Origin: Kiritimatiellia bacterium
Lineage (GTDB): Bacteria > Verrucomicrobiota > Kiritimatiellia > UBA8416
Reading direction: 5' to 3'
Length of the DNA stretch: 54,437 bases
Assembly: GCA_047920915.1 (NCBI GenBank)
Contig: JBLRXB010000001.1
Location: forward strand, 1-54,437
Shown: positions 52,201 to 54,437 of the stretch, in pieces
Position numbering within the stretch: the first letter of the stretch is position 1
Layout: each line of letters opens with the position of its first letter
Position numbers and translations under genes: made by a program
Notes under the pieces: model-generated
Told to the model about the DNA's origin: nothing
Database searches by the model: none
Seen by the model: the letters and a program-made list of their open reading frames with translations, nothing else

Positions 52201-52987
52201 GAATCTGCTTCATCGCAGCGTCAGTCAGCGGCTCATACTTGCGCGCCAGAACCGTCTTCGAATCCAAATCAATGATGTCATCCTTGAAAACCTTGTTCGT
52301 CAACTCTTCGCCACGCATTGATGCCGTGACTTTTAACGTGCCGAAATCATAATACAGCCCTAGAATCTCTTCATCCGTACCATAACCAAGCGCACGCAGG
52401 AATGTCGTCGCCAGAAATTTGCGCCGACGACGCTTCCGGTCCATGTAAATCCAGATCAAATCCGATGTGTCAAACTGGATTTCAATCCAGGACCCGCGGT
52501 CGGGAATTATGCGGATTGAATACAGCATCGCGCCATTGGCATGCACGGAACGCTCCGAGCAAATACCGGGCGAACGATGCAACTGACTCACAACAACACG
52601 CTCCGCACCATTAACGACGAAAGCCCCGGTATCCGTCATCAGGGGAACATCCCCCATGAAAACAACATCCTCCGACACACTGTCGCCATCCTTCAAACGA
52701 AAGGTGACATGCAGGGGAGACGCGAACGTCGTCCCCTCATAAACACACGCAACCGGATCCAGTTTCGGCTCCGATAGATCGTACTTCACATAGTCCAGTA
52801 CGTAGCGACCGTCATAACTTTCAATCGGGAATACCTCCTTGAAAATGCCCTCCAGACCTTGTGCAACACGACTATCAGGTGCAGCTGCACGCTGCAAAAA
52901 TTCCCGATAAGAACGGGTCTGCACATCAATCAGGTTCGGAGGGTCAATGATTTCCCGCAATTTGCCGAAGTTTACTCTATCTACCAC
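49223..52987 (-). CDS. rpoB: DNA-directed RNA polymerase subunit beta
   Basis: Conserved blocks GAFVVNGAERVVVSQLHRSPG (N-terminal), RLSALGPGGL (rifampicin-region vicinity) and GRHGNKGV. 1254 aa. GTG start with GAGGTG 5 nt upstream. Confidence 0.97.
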   Translation of the reverse strand: MVDRVNFGKLREIIDPPNLIDVQTRSYREFLQRAAAPDSRVAQGLEGIFKEVFPIESYDGRYVLDYVKYDLSEPKLDPVACVYEGTTFASPLHVTFRLKDGDSVSEDVVFMGDVPLMTDTGAFVVNGAERVVVSQLHRSPGICSERSVHANGAMLYSIRIIPDRGSWIEIQFDTSDLIWIYMDRKRRRRKFLATTFLRALGYGTDEEILGLYYDFGTLKVTASMRGEELTNKVFKDDIIDLDSKTVLARKYEPLTDAAMKQIHGAGIKSVEVVDVSWDDGLLLKSLKADPVHTTDEALKDIYHKLRPGDPATASNARQLLRRLFFDPRRYDLGSVGRYKINQKLGLENEIDNSMRVLDERDVIESLRHLINVRRGTENVDDIDHLGSRRVRTVGELMENQCRMGLARTERLIRERMTLFDPTTGTLSPQRLVNSKSLSAVVQDFFGRSQLSQFMDQTNPLSELAHKRRLSALGPGGLSRERAGFEVRDVHSSHYGRICPIETPEGPNIGLISSLSIYARVNEFGFIESPYRKVEKGRVTDKVEFLSADKEERYIIAQANAPLAENGQFRNPFVSVRHRGEFLEVPGEEIDYMDVSPKQVVSIAAGMIPFLEHDDANRALMGANMMRQAVPLLRVERPYVATGLEERAARDSHVMVLAEKAGVVAYVSAKRIVVSADGSMPTKKTPPEEYQEYRLQKFRRSNAGTCINQKPIIRLGQKVKAGQALADGPATDQGELALGKNLQVAFMPWSGYNFEDAILISQRLVREDAFTSIQIQEFEVGARDTKLGPEEITRDIPNVGEEALRNLGSDGVIRPGAEVRPGDILVGKITPKSETELAPEERLLRAIFGEKAAEVRDTSLTVPSGTYGIVMDVKVTAHKEAKTADSSPAQRKRQRKTIEEEHKAKRQELQNDLTEGLSNILLGEKIPLDVVDVEADEIIIPANRKITKTLLRKLAAVSDHIRIESSPIQIKIDDIISEFKPRFGELDEEFESSIERLESGDDLDSGIIKQVKVYIAAKKKLSVGDKLAGRHGNKGVVARIVPDADMPFLPDGTPVDVVLNPLGVPSRMNLGQVFETHLGAACKALGMHAATPVFDGIPEKDIDALLAKAGLPEDGKSVLYDGRTGERFDQRVVVGQIYILKLHHLVTDKIHARAVGPYSLVTQQPLGGKAQYGGQRLGEMEVWALEAYGVAYALQELLTVKSDDVSGRTRIYESIVKGTNSLDAGMPESFSVLINELRGLCLDVQVQGEKRSRLL

Positions 52988-53052
52988 AAAGACACCTCAC
53001 ATCACAATTTTCAAAGAAGCTTCCCAATTGAACCACAACCTGCCGAATCAGA

Positions 53053-53451
53053 CTACTTGACTTCGACAACGGCTCCAGCTGCCTCAAGCGTCTTCTTGAT
53101 CTCTTCGGCTTCCGCCTTCGACACGGCCTCTTTCACTGTCTTGGGCGCACCCTCAACCAGATCCTTCGAGTCCTTCAAGCCTAATCCGGTAATCGCACGC
53201 ACCTCTTTGATCACACCAATCTTCTTGGCACCACCATCCTTGAGAATGACGTCGAACTCCGTCTTTTCTTCTTCCGGCTCAGCTGCCGCAGGCGCTGCGC
53301 CGCCCGCAACCATCGCCACAGGAGCGGAAGCCGTAACACCCAGACGATCCTCAAGCGCCTTCACTAGCTTGGAAAGCTCCAATACCGTGATGCCCTCAAT
53401 CCAATCAATAAACTCTGCCATCTTACCTTCAACTACGATTTCTTCCGACAT
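53053..53451 (-). CDS. rplL: 50S ribosomal protein L7/L12
   Basis: Ala/Glu-rich hinge, then [28 protein letters not shown]. Confidence 0.96.
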   Translation of the reverse strand: MSEEIVVEGKMAEFIDWIEGITVLELSKLVKALEDRLGVTASAPVAMVAGGAAPAAAEPEEEKTEFDVILKDGGAKKIGVIKEVRAITGLGLKDSKDLVEGAPKTVKEAVSKAEAEEIKKTLEAAGAVVEVK

Positions 53452-53503
53452 GATCTGCTCCTTACTTGTTTACTAACGCTAATCCAGCAACCCTTATCCG
53501 CGT

Positions 53504-54025
53504 TCAGGCTGCATTCTTCTTTTTATCTTCAATGGCGGTTAACACATACAACAAGCTCGACACCTTCGCATGCATGACGCCCACAAACTGCGTCATCGGT
53601 GCCTGAACTGTTCCGACAAGCTGCCCAAGCAATACTTCGCGCGACGGCATATCTGCCATCGCCTCGACATCCTGCGCGGACAACATTTGGGTGTTGAGGC
53701 TTCCACCCTTTAAAACCAATACCTTCTGCTCCTTCACAAAGGCCTTGAGCGTCTTCGCCACGGCCGTTATGTCAGCACCACCGGTCACCATCAGCGTCTT
53801 ACCCGCCAATGCCGATTCCGGTACCCCACGATCCAATTTTCCGAGAGCAACACCCAGCAGGCTGTTCTTTACAACCAGCGAACGGGCCCCAACCTCAAGC
53901 AAATTGGAACGCAATAGATTAAAATGCTTCACCTTCATCCCCGAATAGTCGGCCAGCAACACATGCGCACTGGCGTCAACCGCGGCGGTGATTTCCTGCA
54001 AAATCGATTCTTTTTCCGGTCTCAT
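53504..54025 (-). CDS. rplJ: 50S ribosomal protein L10
   Basis: L10-family similarity (VLLADYSGMKVKHFNLLRSNL) and position between rplA and rplL. Confidence 0.93.
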   Translation of the reverse strand: MRPEKESILQEITAAVDASAHVLLADYSGMKVKHFNLLRSNLLEVGARSLVVKNSLLGVALGKLDRGVPESALAGKTLMVTGGADITAVAKTLKAFVKEQKVLVLKGGSLNTQMLSAQDVEAMADMPSREVLLGQLVGTVQAPMTQFVGVMHAKVSSLLYVLTAIEDKKKNAA

Positions 54026-54046
54026 CTCTCATTACTCCCTTACAAA

Positions 54047-54437
54047 CTATTCCTTGATGTTGACGCGCAACCCGACTCCCATCGTGGTGGAAACCGTGCA
54101 ATTGCGAATGTAGATACCCTTGGCACCCGCAGGCTTGGATGAACGCACCGCCGCAGCCATCGCCAGCACATTCTCGCACAAATGCTCGGCAGGAAAGGAA
54201 AGCTTGCCAACACCGGCGGCAATATTACCATGACGATCCATGCGAAATTCCACGCGACCACCCTTCGCCGCCTGCACGGCCGCCGCCGTATCATCGCTAA
54301 CCGTCCCCGTCTTGGGGTTAGGCATCAGTCCGCGCGGACCAAGTACGCGACCAAGTTTACGCACCTCTTGCATCGCCTCCGGGGTCGCAATCGCAACATC
54401 GAAATCTGTGAAGCCGCCCTTGACCTTCTCTAGCATA
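54047..54437 (-). CDS. rplA: 50S ribosomal protein L1 (C-terminal part; the gene continues beyond the right edge)
   Basis: FDVAIATPEAMQEVRKLGRVLGPRGLMPNPKTGTVS...GGRVEFRMDRHGNI. The frame is open to the window end. Confidence 0.93.
   Translation of the reverse strand, partial: MLEKVKGGFTDFDVAIATPEAMQEVRKLGRVLGPRGLMPNPKTGTVSDDTAAAVQAAKGGRVEFRMDRHGNIAAGVGKLSFPAEHLCENVLAMAAAVRSSKPAGAKGIYIRNCTVSTTMGVGLRVNIKE

Noticed and set aside
37445-52321. Multiple 150-280-aa plus-strand ORFs inside the ribosomal and rpoBC cluster (for example 37445-38191, 45608-46408, 48584-49228, 51593-52321)
   Set aside because: Each lies antisense to a highly conserved essential gene. Their Arg/His/Thr/Leu-rich composition is typical of reverse frames, so there is no support for overlapping genes.
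1-54437. Search by eye for CRISPR arrays, IS or transposase genes, integrases, tRNA, rRNA, and toxin-antitoxin or restriction-modification pairs
   Set aside because: I saw no periodic repeat-spacer structure, no transposase- or integrase-like ORF, no cloverleaf-compatible intergenic segment, and no paired small ORFs. The intergenic regions are short, with a maximum of about 330 bp. A tRNAscan/Infernal/Rfam run would be needed to exclude small ncRNAs formally.

Overview
The 54.4-kb window looks like ordinary core bacterial chromosome, and I found no convincing undescribed multi-gene system, defence island, mobile element, CRISPR array, rRNA or tRNA. The right half (28.3-54.4 kb, all minus strand) is one uninterrupted translation/transcription supercluster running rplA(partial)-rplJ-rplL-rpoB-rpoC-rpsL-rpsG-fusA-rpsJ through rpsK-rpoA-rplQ. 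It ends in a clear Rho-independent terminator. rpmJ (L36) is absent from the ORF track and was found by hand translation.

The left half carries mostly housekeeping and envelope genes: pyrB-like, argF, purA, uppS-cdsA-rseP, infA, ilvD, an rluA-family gene and a Nif3-like gene. A few accessory-type genes sit among them:
- an orphan PilZ protein
- an orphan family-5 solute-binding lipoprotein
- a cytoplasmic PAS hybrid histidine kinase
- a small HNH protein
- a GH78-like glycosidase
- a DHDPS-like/OCD-like pair
- an unknown beta-barrel-like secreted protein beside an M23 peptidase
- a 1328-aa multidomain S8 protease
- a 726-aa N-terminally extended GreA-type factor

The long GreA, fusA directly abutting rpsJ with no tuf, and the C-terminal 'FFRVV' module on the protease suggest a PVC-superphylum organism (Verrucomicrobiota, Kiritimatiellota, Lentisphaerota or a Chlamydiae relative). 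That placement is inference only.

The top strand is visibly C/A-rich regardless of gene orientation, which indicates strong replication-strand skew with the minus strand leading. Many long plus-strand ORFs in the track are antisense artefacts of this composition.

Several starts were moved from the longest-ORF coordinates to internal ATG, GTG or TTG codons that have a Shine-Dalgarno (SD) motif or a canonical N-terminus. The findings are modest curiosities and are scored accordingly.
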